DNA of 64,000 nt, taken from an uncultured bacterium (GTDB taxonomy: Bacteria > Patescibacteriota > Minisyncoccia > UBA6257 > 2-01-FULL-56-20). The notes under the pieces are model-generated. The model was not told the DNA's origin. It did not search any database and worked only from the letters and a program-made list of their open reading frames with translations. A program made the position numbers and the translations under genes. The stretch spans positions 515,552-579,551 of the forward strand of contig OY970126.1 of the NCBI GenBank assembly GCA_963705915.1. Direction: 5' to 3'. Of this stretch, positions 52,760-62,688 are shown one piece after another; within the stretch, counting starts at the first letter, position 1; each line of letters begins with the position of its first letter.

Positions 52760-54481
52760 TTAGATTTCTTCCGTCTCTCTCACCACTTCTTCAATGGAAA
52801 CCAAACCGCGGAGCGCTTTCACGACGCCGTCCTGCCGGAGCGAAATCATGCCTTGGTTTTTGGCTTCTTTGATAATCTTTTGCGTCGTGGGGCCGTCAGC
52901 CACAATCAATTCGAGCGCCGGCGTCATGCGCAGCACTTCATAGATACCCATGCGACCGAGGATGCCTTTGCCTTTGCACGTGTCGCAGCCCTGCGCATGG
53001 TAAATCTGATACGGCTCAGAGAATTTCGACGCGACGTCAACCGGCAGGCCGACGAGTGCATTTTTTATGACCTTCTGCAGTTCAAGCGTTGCGGTTTCCG
53101 CAACTTTGCAATCGGGGCAAAGCACGCCGACAAGGCGCTGGGCGATCATGAGATTCACCGACACCGGAATGAGGAACGGTTCAACTTTCATGTCGATGAG
53201 GCGCGGGATCACGCCGGCACTGTTGTTGGTGTGGAGCGTCGAAAGCACGATGTGGCCGGTGAGCGCCGCCTGCACGGCGAGGCCGGCAGTTTCGTTGTCG
53301 CGAATTTCGCCGACCATAATGATGTCCGGGTCTTGGCGAAGAATCTGCCGCAAGCCGGATGCAAAATCGTAGCCGATTTCCGGACGAACCTGGGACTGGT
53401 TGATGCCGCTCACAAAATATTCCACCGGGTCTTCGAGCGAAACGATGTTCACGTCTTCCTGGTTCAACGTCTGCAAAAACGCATAGAGCGTGGTGGTTTT
53501 ACCGGATCCCGTTGGGCCCGTGATGAGCACCATGCCAAACGGTTTATCAAGGCCTTGCTTGATGATCGCGCGGGTTTGGTCGAGGAGATCGAGTTTTTCA
53601 AAACTCTTGAGGCCGGCTTCCGGATCGAGCACGCGGATGGCTACTTTTTCGCCGAGCGGCGTGGGGAAGGTGGCAACGCGGAAGTCGATGTCGCGATCAA
53701 AAATCCTCGCACGAAAACGGCCGTCCTGAGGGATTCGGGTTTCATCAATCTTTAAATTTGAAATGACTTTCACGCGCGAGGTGATCGGCTGGGCAAGTTC
53801 AAGCGGCAACGATGCCACTTGCCGGAGATCGCCGTCGACGCGGAACCGAATGCGTAATCCTTTGACCTGGGGCTCGATGTGTACGTCGGACGCTTTGTTT
53901 TGCACTGCCTCGCGGAAGGTGTCGGCGACAATCTTAATGATCGGCGCGTCGTCGGCCGAGCCGCTACCCTCGAGTTCGATCATTTTTTGGCCGTCGCCGC
54001 TTGCTTTGAGGTTGAGCGACTGGATCGCGCTTGCGATTTCGCTTCGGTACGGCGAATAGCGGCGCAGAACGCCATCCCAATCGCCGTAGGAAACAAGGTA
54101 CACGCCGAGATTCAAATGGTTGCGACGCGCGATGAACTTCATCGCCTCTTGCGCCTTCGGGTCGTCGGGGTGGAGCATGCCGACGATGAATAAATTATCG
54201 GCGAGGCTCATCGGAATCGATTCGTACGTCCGCGCCGTCTCTTCGGGCAAAAGTTCAAAAAGTTTTGCGTCAACCGAGGCAGGATCGATTTTTTTATAGG
54301 GAACGTTGAGCAGCTCGCTCTTGAGCTGAGCCACTTGCTCATCAGGCACAAGACGATCGCGCCCTATGATAGTTTCAATGGAATCGCCGCTCACCAGCGA
54401 ATCACGCCGCAATCGATTTGCGACGGGGACAGCCACCATGCCACGGGTCTGCAGCTCCTTGAGAAGATCTTCTCCGGTCAT
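52760..54481 (-). CDS. pilB: Type IV pilus assembly ATPase (GspE/PilB)
   Basis: ASDVHIEP, PQDGR, GPTGSGKTTT and a tetracysteine motif. Confidence 0.95.
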   Translation of the reverse strand: MTGEDLLKELQTRGMVAVPVANRLRRDSLVSGDSIETIIGRDRLVPDEQVAQLKSELLNVPYKKIDPASVDAKLFELLPEETARTYESIPMSLADNLFIVGMLHPDDPKAQEAMKFIARRNHLNLGVYLVSYGDWDGVLRRYSPYRSEIASAIQSLNLKASGDGQKMIELEGSGSADDAPIIKIVADTFREAVQNKASDVHIEPQVKGLRIRFRVDGDLRQVASLPLELAQPITSRVKVISNLKIDETRIPQDGRFRARIFDRDIDFRVATFPTPLGEKVAIRVLDPEAGLKSFEKLDLLDQTRAIIKQGLDKPFGMVLITGPTGSGKTTTLYAFLQTLNQEDVNIVSLEDPVEYFVSGINQSQVRPEIGYDFASGLRQILRQDPDIIMVGEIRDNETAGLAVQAALTGHIVLSTLHTNNSAGVIPRLIDMKVEPFLIPVSVNLMIAQRLVGVLCPDCKVAETATLELQKVIKNALVGLPVDVASKFSEPYQIYHAQGCDTCKGKGILGRMGIYEVLRMTPALELIVADGPTTQKIIKEAKNQGMISLRQDGVVKALRGLVSIEEVVRETEEI

Positions 54482-54509
54482 AGTGCTATTTTAGCACGGA
54501 GCACCGCCG

Positions 54510-54812
54510 TTATGGTGCGATGAAGGGATTAGAGCGGCTTCCGGTGCCGCCGGTCGAAGTCGGAACCATAGGAACCGTGGGCTGCTGGAGCGCTTGGAAT
54601 GCCGCGCTCTTTAAAACGCTGTCAGGATTCACTGGGTTTTCAACGATAGGTTCGATCGTACTCAAGCTTCCGCTCGGCTCGATGATGACGAGTTGCGGCG
54701 TCACGAAGAATATATAATAGATGGCCACAATAAATACGATGAAAACCACGACCCAGCCGATGATGCGCACGAGACCTGACTTGCTCTTTTCTTCTTCGAT
54801 GATGATGGCCAT
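54510..54812 (-). CDS. Small membrane protein in the pilMNO operon (PilP-position)
   Basis: TM and C-terminal G.RSNPF; synteny. Confidence 0.6.
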   Translation of the reverse strand: MAIIIEEEKSKSGLVRIIGWVVVFIVFIVAIYYIFFVTPQLVIIEPSGSLSTIEPIVENPVNPDSVLKSAAFQALQQPTVPMVPTSTGGTGSRSNPFIAP

Positions 54813-54813
54813 G

Positions 54814-55425
54814 TTATTGCGATTGATAATAGGTCATGACACTTATGCTAAAAGTGAAGGCATCGGGGGTGCTTGTCTTTCCGGTGCCGCCCGAGAGCGG
54901 AGCGACGGAAACCTCTTGGACATCAAAGAGGCGCATATTGGTTGCAAGATCGTTCAAGAATGACTGAAAGTTTTCATAACTGCCGACAAGCGAGAGCGCG
55001 AAGGTGATCGTGCCGAGCGGCTTCACGATTTGCCCGGTCGCCGCAGCGCCCGCGATATCCCCTTCCGGCACGGATGCCGCAGCAAGCTGCGAACTAATAC
55101 CGATATTTTGGATCGTGAGACTGTTCGCACCAGCGATACCGTAGAGTTGAGCAATACCATCTGCCAAATCGGGGCCAACCGGCAATGCGGTATTCACCGC
55201 TTCCGCATCGGACGATTGACTGTTATACGTGGTGAGAAGGCCCTGGATCTGATTCACCACTTGCTTTTCGTTCGTAAGGAGCGCCTGGTCGGAAAGTTCG
55301 CTCGCTTTTGCTGATTGGAGACTGGTATATGCCGGCGTGAGCATGTCGAAATACACCACAAGCGCAAGCACAATAAAGAGCAGTGCGAAGATCATACTGT
55401 AAAGCCGTTTGGTGTTCTGCTTCAT
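54814..55425 (-). CDS. pilO: PilO-like protein
   Basis: TM, coil, GSYENF..FL..L..NMRLFDV; synteny. Confidence 0.75.
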   Translation of the reverse strand: MKQNTKRLYSMIFALLFIVLALVVYFDMLTPAYTSLQSAKASELSDQALLTNEKQVVNQIQGLLTTYNSQSSDAEAVNTALPVGPDLADGIAQLYGIAGANSLTIQNIGISSQLAAASVPEGDIAGAAATGQIVKPLGTITFALSLVGSYENFQSFLNDLATNMRLFDVQEVSVAPLSGGTGKTSTPDAFTFSISVMTYYQSQ

Positions 55426-55958
55426 AGTTTGGTTGGGTCAATCGTGATGTTCGCCGTGAATTGCCAGACATTGTCCGTGAACGCGATACCGGAGATGGTA
55501 AGCGTTGTTATCTCGGGTGCCGATTCGAGTACGGCGATCTGCTGGTTGGCATCGGCTTCGCTCTTTGCGTTTGCCGTGAGCGTCATCGTGCCGCTATTCG
55601 AATAGCTGAAGGCGCTCCAATACACGTTTGACTCCGTATGATTCTCAAGCCACGTGAAAATGGCCGTGCCGTTCGTGTGCCCCTGCAGCAATGTTTGTAA
55701 ATTACTAATTTGAGAATAAAAATTGATGAGCTCTGTTTGATCCGTGGGAGAAATTGATTGTTCGGTCTGGCTGATCTCGTCTTGCACTTTTGCCGTCTGG
55801 TTTGCGAGGTACGGCTGATAGCCGTAGGTGAGGCCAGCGTACGTAATGAGGACGATCGCGAGAATGCCTCCGGAAAAGGAAATAAGCCCGAATGACCATC
55901 CTGGGCTTTGCGAAGTATCCCTCCCGATTTGTTCAACAACTTTTTCTGGAAGAGGCAT
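55422..55958 (-). CDS. pilN: PilN-like protein
   Basis: TM, coil and ferredoxin-like C-terminus; located between pilM and pilO. Confidence 0.65.
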   Translation of the reverse strand: MPLPEKVVEQIGRDTSQSPGWSFGLISFSGGILAIVLITYAGLTYGYQPYLANQTAKVQDEISQTEQSISPTDQTELINFYSQISNLQTLLQGHTNGTAIFTWLENHTESNVYWSAFSYSNSGTMTLTANAKSEADANQQIAVLESAPEITTLTISGIAFTDNVWQFTANITIDPTKL

Positions 55959-55963
55959 GGTTC

Positions 55964-57049
55964 TTATGCGAGAGCCTTCATACCGAGGCCGAGCGCGACG
56001 CTCATAATGGGGCCGAGCTCGGGGACGAAGGGCTGGATGGCGTCCGGATATCCGAACTTCGCGAAGGGCGTTGCCTTTACGACGGGGATGCCAAACTCTC
56101 GCTCAAAATATTTTTCGATGCCGATAAGGTCGGCGCCACCGCCTGCAAGCACCACGCGTTCGGCCATTTTCGCCGAAGGAAGCTGTTCGTGGTACACAAA
56201 GACGGACTTCTTCACTTCATTTATTATAACATCCAAAAATGGCAGCATAATTGTGGATAGCTCATAATTTGGCCCCGTTCCCAAAATGCCTTTCTCTTTT
56301 TTGAGCTCTTCGGCGCGCAACGGATTCACGTGAAGGCTCGACGAAAGCGCTTGCGTGAGTGAATACGAAGCGTAATCAGTTTGCGCGCTCCACGTGACAC
56401 TCCCCTTTTCCATAAAAATAATGTTCGTCGAGCGGCTGCCGATGTCGATGAGGATCGTAGGCGTTGGATCTCCCGAAAAAAGCCGCGCGAGACTGAGGCT
56501 CTCAATCTCAAGCGCGCGGAGCGACAGGCCAACCGACTCAAACATCCGCTGATAGCGGCTGATCTGCTCGCGCGGCACGGAGATGAGCATGATCTTCGTG
56601 TGGTCGAAGCCTTTATCATCTTGATATTCACCAACCTGCAACCAGTCGAGCGCCACCTCTTCAATCGGCAACGGCACGTACTGCCGCGCTTGATAGACGA
56701 GCGCCTTTTCGATTTCCTTCGGATCCATTTTGGGAAAATCGATCATCGTGGTGAAGACCGAAAAGAGCGGCAACGACGCATACGCGTCTTTCGTGGAAGG
56801 CTTCATTTCGCGCAAAAGCGTTCTCAAAAGCTGGACGATGTCGGCTTCAAAAATCTTGAGGCTGCTCGTTTGAAGTGCCTGATTCGCGCGCGCGAGATAA
56901 CCGCTCGATTCGAGGAGCCCATAATTGATAACTTCCGGGCCATGGTTACCGTGCGCCACTTCGGCCATCTTGATTGAGGTTGTCCCGATGTCGACCGTGA
57001 GCGACGATCCGGAAAATCCCCTTTTAAACATAGTGAGCGGATTGTCCAT
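55964..57049 (-). CDS. pilM: Type IV pilus assembly protein PilM
   Basis: VDIGTTSIK, ARQYVPLP..EV.LDW, IDIGSRST and LAGGGA.L.G. Confidence 0.92.
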   Translation of the reverse strand: MDNPLTMFKRGFSGSSLTVDIGTTSIKMAEVAHGNHGPEVINYGLLESSGYLARANQALQTSSLKIFEADIVQLLRTLLREMKPSTKDAYASLPLFSVFTTMIDFPKMDPKEIEKALVYQARQYVPLPIEEVALDWLQVGEYQDDKGFDHTKIMLISVPREQISRYQRMFESVGLSLRALEIESLSLARLFSGDPTPTILIDIGSRSTNIIFMEKGSVTWSAQTDYASYSLTQALSSSLHVNPLRAEELKKEKGILGTGPNYELSTIMLPFLDVIINEVKKSVFVYHEQLPSAKMAERVVLAGGGADLIGIEKYFEREFGIPVVKATPFAKFGYPDAIQPFVPELGPIMSVALGLGMKALA

Positions 57050-57093
57050 CAAAATTTAATATATTCTTAATGCCGTCTTGCTACTATCATAGC

Positions 57094-57768
57094 ATGAATT
57101 TCGCCCCTTTTATTGAGATTTTATTCCCGCGGCGATGCCTCGCCTGCGGGCAAACTATCGCATCAGCATCCACGGCGTGTTGTGAGACGTGCCGTCGGAA
57201 TATTTTGTTAAACCCGCCGCCTGTGCTGTCTCTTGGCAATGAAAAATCTTTTCCCGTCGCCGCAACGAGATATGAAAATCCCATCATCCAAAAACTCATT
57301 CACCACCTAAAATTCAACGGGATAAAAAGCGCTGCCACGCCGCTCGGCGAAATACTCGCCGAATACGTCCTCGAATCGGACGCATCGTACTTGGATTTCA
57401 TTGCGAGCGCAACGATAATCCCGATCCCCCTCGCAAAGAAACGCGAGCGCCACCGGGGATTCAATCAATCGACGCTTATCGCACAGGCATGGAACCGTTC
57501 CATGCAACGCGGCAACGCGAAGGGCATTGTAATCAAAGATCATATCCTCGCACGCATCCGCAACGTGCCCCCTCAAAGCAAAACTGCAAGCGCCGAAGAG
57601 CGGCGGGAAAATATTCGGGGATGCTTCGGCGTGCGTGAAGCGCCGCCGCAGAACATCGTGCTCCTCGACGATGTGGTCACCACCGGATCAACGTTGCATG
57701 AAGCAGCGGCCACGCTCAACGCTGCGGGCGCAAAAAAGATCCTCGCGCTCGCCGTTGCAAACGCTTAA
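57094..57768 (+). CDS. comF: Competence protein ComF (Zn ribbon plus PRT domain)
   Basis: FP.RC..CG, IPIPL...R...RGFNQS and LLDDVVTTGSTL. Confidence 0.92.
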   Translation: MNFAPFIEILFPRRCLACGQTIASASTACCETCRRNILLNPPPVLSLGNEKSFPVAATRYENPIIQKLIHHLKFNGIKSAATPLGEILAEYVLESDASYLDFIASATIIPIPLAKKRERHRGFNQSTLIAQAWNRSMQRGNAKGIVIKDHILARIRNVPPQSKTASAEERRENIRGCFGVREAPPQNIVLLDDVVTTGSTLHEAAATLNAAGAKKILALAVANA

Positions 57769-57787
57769 TCGGTACGATCCAAAAAAA

Positions 57788-58627
57788 CTATTGCGGAAGC
57801 AATGCTTGAATTTCAGTGCTCACGTTGAAAAATTGCTGATAGGTATCAGAAAGCGATGCGAGCGATTGCTGGATGAGATTGAGTGACTGGTCGGGCGGCA
57901 AAAATTGCGCGAGTGCGTTGTATGCCGACTGGTTCAAGGCCTGCGCCGACTGGAAAGATGCGAGCGCGGCATTAAATGAATCTTGCAGCGCCGAATCAGG
58001 CGTTGCGCCCTCAAGGAATGAGACCGCCCGACTCGTCTGATCCATGCGATCGGCTGCGGTCGTAAACAGGCTTTGATTCGCATTCCAGATGATAAAATTA
58101 TTCACGTCGCCCGCGATAGGATCGTAGGAACCCGTGCGATACGCGAGCACTTCCTTTGCGATCGCTTCACTGCCCGAAATGCCCGCACCGTTCAATTTGG
58201 TGAGTTCGATATTATAAAAATTGATCGCGTCGTCCAGCCTGCTCGAAAGTTGTCCGGCAAGATTGGCCGAATCACCGCTCACAGAAAGAGCGTTCAATGA
58301 CGTTTGGAGCGTGGTCGCTTCCTCTTCTGCACAGGTGATCGTCTGCGAAAGAAGCTGCTTGCGGAGTGCGAGTTCTTCAACAAGGTTATTCTCTACCGCC
58401 GCAACCTGCGCGAGGTCGGCTGCGCTTGGCGCGCAGATGTCCGTGACGCCCGGGGCAACCATCGGCGTGCTTGTGGCGAGCGTCCCCGTGGCGTTGGTTC
58501 CGGCAGACGCCGTGGTGCTCGCGGTGCTTGTGCCGGTGTCAGCGTAAACTCTCGCAGCACCGACAAGCCAAACCGCTGCGAGCGCGGCCAAGCATAGCGA
58601 ACCTGCAATGCGTGCATAGGATTTCAT
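57788..58627 (-). CDS. Secreted helical hypothetical protein
   Basis: Signal peptide (VYA) and alpha-helical composition; downstream of the sigma/anti-sigma pair. Confidence 0.65.
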   Translation of the reverse strand: MKSYARIAGSLCLAALAAVWLVGAARVYADTGTSTASTTASAGTNATGTLATSTPMVAPGVTDICAPSAADLAQVAAVENNLVEELALRKQLLSQTITCAEEEATTLQTSLNALSVSGDSANLAGQLSSRLDDAINFYNIELTKLNGAGISGSEAIAKEVLAYRTGSYDPIAGDVNNFIIWNANQSLFTTAADRMDQTSRAVSFLEGATPDSALQDSFNAALASFQSAQALNQSAYNALAQFLPPDQSLNLIQQSLASLSDTYQQFFNVSTEIQALLPQ

Positions 58628-58657
58628 AGAGATACGTATGGTGAAAATGCCGACGGC

Positions 58658-59167
58658 TTACTGCGACAACGCGCGGAGAGCATTATCAACCGAAGCCGTT
58701 GATGTGCTTGCGGTGCTCGTCGTGGAACTCCCTGCTCCAGCCGGTGTGGAAACAGAAGATGTCGCAACGGTTATTGCTGCGGAGAATGAACGCGGGCTTG
58801 CCGCCGATCCGCTCGCCTCTTGCGTGGAGCCATTATTGAGAGAGGCGACGTTCGGGTAGCTCACGTTTGCAAGCTGGATCTGCATGTCGATCGCCTGCGC
58901 TTCTGCGTGAAGCCCCGCCGAATCAATCACCGAATATTGCACCGGCGTGATGTAGCCCGAGTTTGAAAAAGCCCCCGTGATGAGCAGTATGAAAAATCCT
59001 GCGAGCGCGACTGCCGCGCCGGTTTCGATAAATTGCAAAATACCCCGGAACGGGCTCATCGCCGGCATCTCTTGCCGTGACGCCAAAATAACCCGTTTGG
59101 ATTTCTCCGTGTATGACGGGTCTGGTTTTATGGTTTTAAATTTTCGAAGGGTTTCGAAAAGGTTCAT
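58658..59167 (-). CDS. Putative anti-sigma factor
   Basis: Overlaps the ECF sigma stop; short cytoplasmic N-terminus and a single TM. Confidence 0.55.
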   Translation of the reverse strand: MNLFETLRKFKTIKPDPSYTEKSKRVILASRQEMPAMSPFRGILQFIETGAAVALAGFFILLITGAFSNSGYITPVQYSVIDSAGLHAEAQAIDMQIQLANVSYPNVASLNNGSTQEASGSAASPRSFSAAITVATSSVSTPAGAGSSTTSTASTSTASVDNALRALSQ

Positions 59168-59733
59168 GATTGTAATGATTCGAATGGCAACGGTTCTTTT
59201 GTCCCAAGCAATTTTTGCAATTCTTTAATTGCGCGATGTTGGATCAACTTTACCGCACCTTCTGTTTTGCCCATGATAGTCGCGGTCTCCTTGAGAGAAA
59301 TATCTTCGATGAAACGCATGATGATCACGTCCTGATAATCTGGTTTCAACGTTTCGACCGCGTGTCGGACTTTCTCCACTTCGAGCTTCATCATAAGGTC
59401 TGAGGTTATCGACGACGTCGCCACGAAATATTCCGGGTCGATGACGTCCAAGCTCACATCACTTTTCTTTGCACGATAGTGATCGATCACTTGGTTGCGG
59501 GCGATCTGATAGAGCCAGCTCGAGAACGGATGTCCGCGATGCTTGTAGGTCCGGACATTCTGCCAGGCCGATAAAAAAACCTGGTGGGTGATATCTTCCG
59601 CCTCTTCACGGCTTCCGACCTTTACCAATATGAACCGATAAATCATCGGTTGGTAATGGTCATAAAGCGTGCCAAAGGCCGAGGATGCACCCCGGATGGC
59701 GTCTTTTATTAACTTTTCTTCGCCATCTATCAT
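59164..59733 (-). CDS. ECF RNA polymerase sigma factor
   Basis: AEDITHQVF..AW, FSSWLYQIARN.VID and region 4 S..ETA.IMG.TEGAVK...HRA. Confidence 0.93.
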   Translation of the reverse strand: MIDGEEKLIKDAIRGASSAFGTLYDHYQPMIYRFILVKVGSREEAEDITHQVFLSAWQNVRTYKHRGHPFSSWLYQIARNQVIDHYRAKKSDVSLDVIDPEYFVATSSITSDLMMKLEVEKVRHAVETLKPDYQDVIIMRFIEDISLKETATIMGKTEGAVKLIQHRAIKELQKLLGTKEPLPFESLQS

Positions 59734-59859
59734 GTAAAACGTGAGGAATGATGAATACGTTACTCTATATAATACGACTCCAGCCAACAAAAAAGCCCTA
59801 CGAATCAGGGCATATCTCTTCTCTATCCATAATACCCCTTTAGAAAGGGCGGGTCAAAG

Positions 59860-60861
59860 CTACGTTTCGGTCTGTGCTTTTTCTTTTCTCTTCTTATCGG
59901 CGAACTCCTTCCACTCGTCGGTGACAATCCCGCCGACAACGGCAAGCTCGGCTTTGATCGCGGGGTGTGGGTCGTAGCCAATAAGCGTTGCATGCTCGGG
60001 ACGAAAATCATCGATCGTTTTCACCGAAGGGTCGAGTGTGAGCGTTGGCAACGGTTTTGGCTCGCGGGAGAGTTGTTCCTTCACAGCTTCCATGTGATTC
60101 TCGTAAATATGTACATCGCCATAGGTATGGATGAATTCTCCGGGCTGATTCCCCGTCACCTGCGCGAGGATAATGGTGAGCAAAGCATAGCTCGCAATGT
60201 TAAACGGGACGCCGAGAAAAATATCCGCTGAACGCTGATAGAGATGAAGCGACAGCTTTCCGTTTTTTACATTTGCCTGATACATGTTATGGCAAATTGG
60301 GAATCGTGCCGCTTCGTTCGGCAATGCCATCTCGTAGAGGTATTCCGGGTTCCAGGAATTCACAAGGGCGTTGTGCGCGTCCGGATCTTTTTTGAGATCA
60401 TCAACAATCCACTGCACCTGGTCAATCGTCCGCCCGTTCTTTGCCGGCCAATGTCGCCAGAGCTGCCCATAGATATACGGAAGCTCGCCGTATTGTTTTG
60501 CAAACTCGGTGTCGGATGCAATTTTTGCGATGAATGCATCTTTTGTCATCTCGGGCAACTGCCCCTTCACCATCTTTTCGTGATAGATGCGGTAGGGATA
60601 ATCGTCCCAAATGTGAACGTTGTTATCGACGAGATATTTTATATTCGATTGTCCCGACAAAAACCAATAAAGCTCGTGCAAGACGCCCTTCCAATATACA
60701 CGCTTGGTGGTGAGCATGGGAAAACCGTCGGCGAGGTTGAAGCGCAGCTGCCGCCCGAAGACGCTGTAGGTCACGTCGCCGGTGCCTTTATCGGTCTGCT
60801 TCTCGCCATGATCCAAAATGTCCTGAAGCAAATCGAGATATTGTTTTTCGGGATGGGCCAT
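59860..60861 (-). CDS. thyA: Thymidylate synthase
   Basis: FPMLTTKRV, ELYWFL.G, PICH, YQRSAD.FLGVPFNIASY and GDVHIY. Confidence 0.97.
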   Translation of the reverse strand: MAHPEKQYLDLLQDILDHGEKQTDKGTGDVTYSVFGRQLRFNLADGFPMLTTKRVYWKGVLHELYWFLSGQSNIKYLVDNNVHIWDDYPYRIYHEKMVKGQLPEMTKDAFIAKIASDTEFAKQYGELPYIYGQLWRHWPAKNGRTIDQVQWIVDDLKKDPDAHNALVNSWNPEYLYEMALPNEAARFPICHNMYQANVKNGKLSLHLYQRSADIFLGVPFNIASYALLTIILAQVTGNQPGEFIHTYGDVHIYENHMEAVKEQLSREPKPLPTLTLDPSVKTIDDFRPEHATLIGYDPHPAIKAELAVVGGIVTDEWKEFADKKRKEKAQTET

Positions 60862-60882
60862 TGGTCTTTTATTCTTATCCGA

Positions 60883-61557
60883 CTATGCTATCGTAAAAAA
60901 TTTTTCTGTGCCGTAGTAGTCCCGCCAGTGCTCATTATAATAGGCGAACATCCGGCCGAGGCGGGCTTGGTCAAGTTCATCCGCGCCCACTTGTTTCATT
61001 AGGTTCCTGAGCGTCGTTTTCGCTGCGTCGGCTCGGGTTGGGTCGTTTTCGATCATTTCAAACTCCGCAAGATAACCGTACCCGGCGTTTTTATCAATCG
61101 TCACATTGGCACCTGAAAAGCTATACTCTTCCCGCTCGCGCGACCACTTGGCTTGGTAGGTAAAACCGGCTTTGAGCACGATCGCATCGAGCTCATCGAG
61201 CGTCATTGAAACTTGTTTATCAAATTCACGGCGCGCGGTGCCGTTCGCGCTCGTTGTGTCATCGATCGAGGCTTTGAGCACGAGGAGGACCGTGCCGTTC
61301 GCATCGCGGGTGCGCAACGAAAAATCCTTCGCCCTGGACGCAAGCTCGAGAAATTCTTTTCGATCGCTTTCATTTTTGAGCGCCGTGGCAACGAGAGACC
61401 AGTCCCCTTTCCCTTCAAAGTAATGGTTGAGTTGCTTGCTCTCGCCCGTCTTCTTGAAACTTGCATCGCTACGCTGCATCGCGGCGAGTAACCGGTCGGC
61501 GCTTTCGCGGCTCCCGAGGAGTGATTTAATTTCAATTTCGTAACTTGCTCCAGCCAT
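60883..61557 (-). CDS. CYTH (triphosphate tunnel metalloenzyme) protein
   Basis: N-terminal EIEIK (ExExK), QLNHYF, LRTR, K..R.R..Y and G..AEFE. Confidence 0.8.
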   Translation of the reverse strand: MAGASYEIEIKSLLGSRESADRLLAAMQRSDASFKKTGESKQLNHYFEGKGDWSLVATALKNESDRKEFLELASRAKDFSLRTRDANGTVLLVLKASIDDTTSANGTARREFDKQVSMTLDELDAIVLKAGFTYQAKWSREREEYSFSGANVTIDKNAGYGYLAEFEMIENDPTRADAAKTTLRNLMKQVGADELDQARLGRMFAYYNEHWRDYYGTEKFFTIA

Positions 61558-61569
61558 AGGAATAAAAAA

Positions 61570-62157
61570 TTATGACGCGTGTTTGTTTTCCGACTCTTCC
61601 GCAAAGCGAGACGCGAGCGGCTCTGCCTGACGGACATACTTCCCGTCTTTTTTGCTGGTATAGGGAACTTCTGCCGGGCTCGAAAGTTCCTCGAAGGTGA
61701 ATGCGCAGACGCGCATGCCCGGCCAAAGGAGCACCGGCACAACGCCCAAATTGCCGAGTTCCATCACGGGCTTTCCTTTCCATCCGGCATCGAATATCGA
61801 TGCGGTGCCGTGCACAATGATGCCGAGGCGACCGAGCGAGCTGCGGCCTTCAATGCGGCCGATGAGATCGTCCGAGATTTCGAGCCACTCAAGCGTTGTT
61901 GCAAGCACAAGGTCGCCGGGATGGAGCACAAGCGGCTCGCCATCCGGAATCACAAACTCTTCCATGATCTTTTCCGCTTCCTGCATGTGACGCACGTCAA
62001 CGTGCGTCATTTTTGATGGACGAAATGCACGGGCTGTGCTCCCAAGCCGGAGGTCGAGTGAGCACGAGCCAAGCTGTGTTGTGTAATCGGGAGCCGGATT
62101 AACTTTGATGCGGCCGGAGGCGATGGCTTTTTTTATGTCGCGATCGGAGAGAATCAT
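61570..62157 (-). CDS. dcd: dCTP deaminase
   Basis: MILSDRDI, SLDLRLG, EGRSSLGRLG..VH.TA and D.GW.G. Confidence 0.93.
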   Translation of the reverse strand: MILSDRDIKKAIASGRIKVNPAPDYTTQLGSCSLDLRLGSTARAFRPSKMTHVDVRHMQEAEKIMEEFVIPDGEPLVLHPGDLVLATTLEWLEISDDLIGRIEGRSSLGRLGIIVHGTASIFDAGWKGKPVMELGNLGVVPVLLWPGMRVCAFTFEELSSPAEVPYTSKKDGKYVRQAEPLASRFAEESENKHAS

Positions 62158-62678
62158 GTCCCTCCATTGTAACGCGCTGTTTTGTCATAGGTCAAAAAGT
62201 CAAAATCAAAAGGATTTTTCTCGTCTTTTTGATGTCGTTCGGACGAACTCACCGTCCACATTTCGGGATCGATCTCCGGGAAAAACGCGTCTCCAGCAAA
62301 AGTGCCGTGCACATTCGTGATAAAAAGCTTGTCGGCGGCCGGAAGCGCCATGGCGTAAATTTGTGCGCCGCCGAGAATAAAAACTTTGTTACCTTCACCG
62401 GAAATGGAATCTTCGGCAAACCGCATCGCTTCTTGCAGCGAATGCGCCACCGAAATGCCTTCCGCCTTATACCCCAGATCGTGCGTGATAACAATGTTCA
62501 TCCTGCCGGGCAATGGCTTCCCAATCGACTCAAATGTTTTTCGCCCCATGATGACCGGATGGCCCATCGTGAGATCTTTGAAATGTTTGAAGTCCGCGGG
62601 CAAGTGCCACGGGATTTTTCCAGCCGAACCAATCACGCGATTTTCTCCCATCGCTGCGATGATGCAAATTTCTGCCAT
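62154..62678 (-). CDS. folA: Dihydrofolate reductase
   Basis: NRVIG....IPWHLPADFKHFK, IMGRKTFESIG.PLPGR and GGAQIY. Confidence 0.97.
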   Translation of the reverse strand: MAEICIIAAMGENRVIGSAGKIPWHLPADFKHFKDLTMGHPVIMGRKTFESIGKPLPGRMNIVITHDLGYKAEGISVAHSLQEAMRFAEDSISGEGNKVFILGGAQIYAMALPAADKLFITNVHGTFAGDAFFPEIDPEMWTVSSSERHQKDEKNPFDFDFLTYDKTARYNGGT

Positions 62679-62688
62679 GGGAGACGCC

